A DNA stretch of 64,000 nt from Candidatus Poribacteria bacterium (lineage in GTDB: Bacteria; Poribacteria; WGA-4E; WGA-3G). The DNA lies in NCBI GenBank assembly GCA_965197475.1, contig CBDANF010000003.1, forward strand, positions 3,200,001-3,264,000, given 5' to 3'. Every line of letters starts with the position of its first letter. The stretch's first letter is position 1. The notes under the pieces were generated by a model, which worked only from the letters and a program-made list of their open reading frames with translations, had not been told where the DNA came from and made no database searches. The translations under genes were made by a program, and so were the position numbers. Positions 63,156-64,000 of the stretch are shown one piece after another.

Positions 63156-63983
63156 ATGAAATTCAAACGTGAAGATATTTTAGCAAGTTTACGTGCCAAT
63201 ATTGACGCAGGCAAACCCATTATCGGGGCAGGTGCAGGTACAGGCATCTCAGCGAAATGCGAAGAAGCCGGTGGCATTGACCTGATTATCATCTATAACT
63301 CTGGTAGATTCCGGATGGCGGGTAGAGGTTCACTCGCTGGCATGATGCCTTACGGTGACGCAAACCAGATTGTCGTTGAGATGGCGAGCGAAGTTCTCCC
63401 TGTCATCAAAAAAACGCCTGTACTTGCAGGGGTCTGCGGCACAGACCCGTTTCGCTTGATGGATATATTCTTAGGTCAGATAGATGCTATCGGGTTTTCA
63501 GGTGTGCAAAATTTTCCGACAGTGGGGCTGATTGATGGCACATTCCGACAACTCCTTGAGGAAACAGATATGGGATACGTTCCTGAAGTTGAGATGATTC
63601 GGACGGCGCATCAGATGGGGCTACTCACTACGCCGTATGCCTTCAACGAAACCGAAGCGGAGCAGATGGCGGATGCAGGCGCGGATATCCTCGTCGCACA
63701 CATGGGATTGACGGCGAAAGGCTCTATCGGTGCAAAAACTGCCTTTACGCTTGCGGATGCAGCGAAACGTGTGCAAGCCATTCATGACGCTGCGAAAGGG
63801 GTTAATCCTGAAATTCTTGTGATTTGTCACGGGGGTCCTATTGCTGAGCCGGAAGACGCTACGTACGTCTTGGAAAATACTAAGAGTGTTGTGGGATTCT
63901 ATGGCGCATCAAGTGCTGAACGTCTGCCAACGGAGCGTGCGATTACTGCACAGATTGAGGCATTCAAAAAAATTAGGCTATAA
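63156..63983 (+). CDS. Phosphoenolpyruvate hydrolase-like TIM-barrel protein
   Basis: [39 protein letters not shown] and GASSAER motifs. Confidence 0.88.
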   Translation: MKFKREDILASLRANIDAGKPIIGAGAGTGISAKCEEAGGIDLIIIYNSGRFRMAGRGSLAGMMPYGDANQIVVEMASEVLPVIKKTPVLAGVCGTDPFRLMDIFLGQIDAIGFSGVQNFPTVGLIDGTFRQLLEETDMGYVPEVEMIRTAHQMGLLTTPYAFNETEAEQMADAGADILVAHMGLTAKGSIGAKTAFTLADAAKRVQAIHDAAKGVNPEILVICHGGPIAEPEDATYVLENTKSVVGFYGASSAERLPTERAITAQIEAFKKIRL

Positions 63984-64000
63984 ATTGAAACTTTGGTAAA

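Noticed and set aside
317-63830. Numerous short antisense or overlapping ORFs in the six-frame track
   Set aside because: They are shadows of well-supported genes, IS elements or MITEs and show no motifs.
1-64000. tRNA, rRNA, prophage or integrase genes
   Set aside because: No such signatures were recognised by eye. A covariance-model scan was not run.

Overview
Bacterial chromosomal window of roughly 43% GC (estimated by eye). The host is inferred to be Candidatus Poribacteria-like, from WD40/dockerin/cohesin proteins with FlgD-like C-terminal tails, a 'KLTTTW..K' C-terminus, DUF6785/DUF1501/PhyH genes and dense GTAG/GTGG hairpin repeats. The backbone carries carbohydrate and lipid metabolism, secreted beta-propeller and protease genes, an efflux pair and an rsmD operon. 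It is heavily invaded by mobile DNA: IS4, IS5-like (4 copies), IS1595, IS3 (2 copies plus a fragment), IS630, at least three MITE families and many REP-like hairpins, often nested. Several genes are broken: a large NACHT/STAND-HEAT gene, a RelE-like toxin, an NPCBM protein, a sugar isomerase and a WD40-cohesin protein. The most unusual feature is a 2.0-kb unit at 7241-9244. It is bounded by a perfect 13-bp inverted repeat and encodes only two coupled DUF1670-like paralogues, with no recognisable transposase. It also carries a near-consensus outward promoter over four stacked hairpins and a predicted circle-junction promoter, so it is a candidate undescribed class of mobile element. No rRNA, tRNA or CRISPR array was seen. 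All family calls come from motif recognition by eye; no database search was run.
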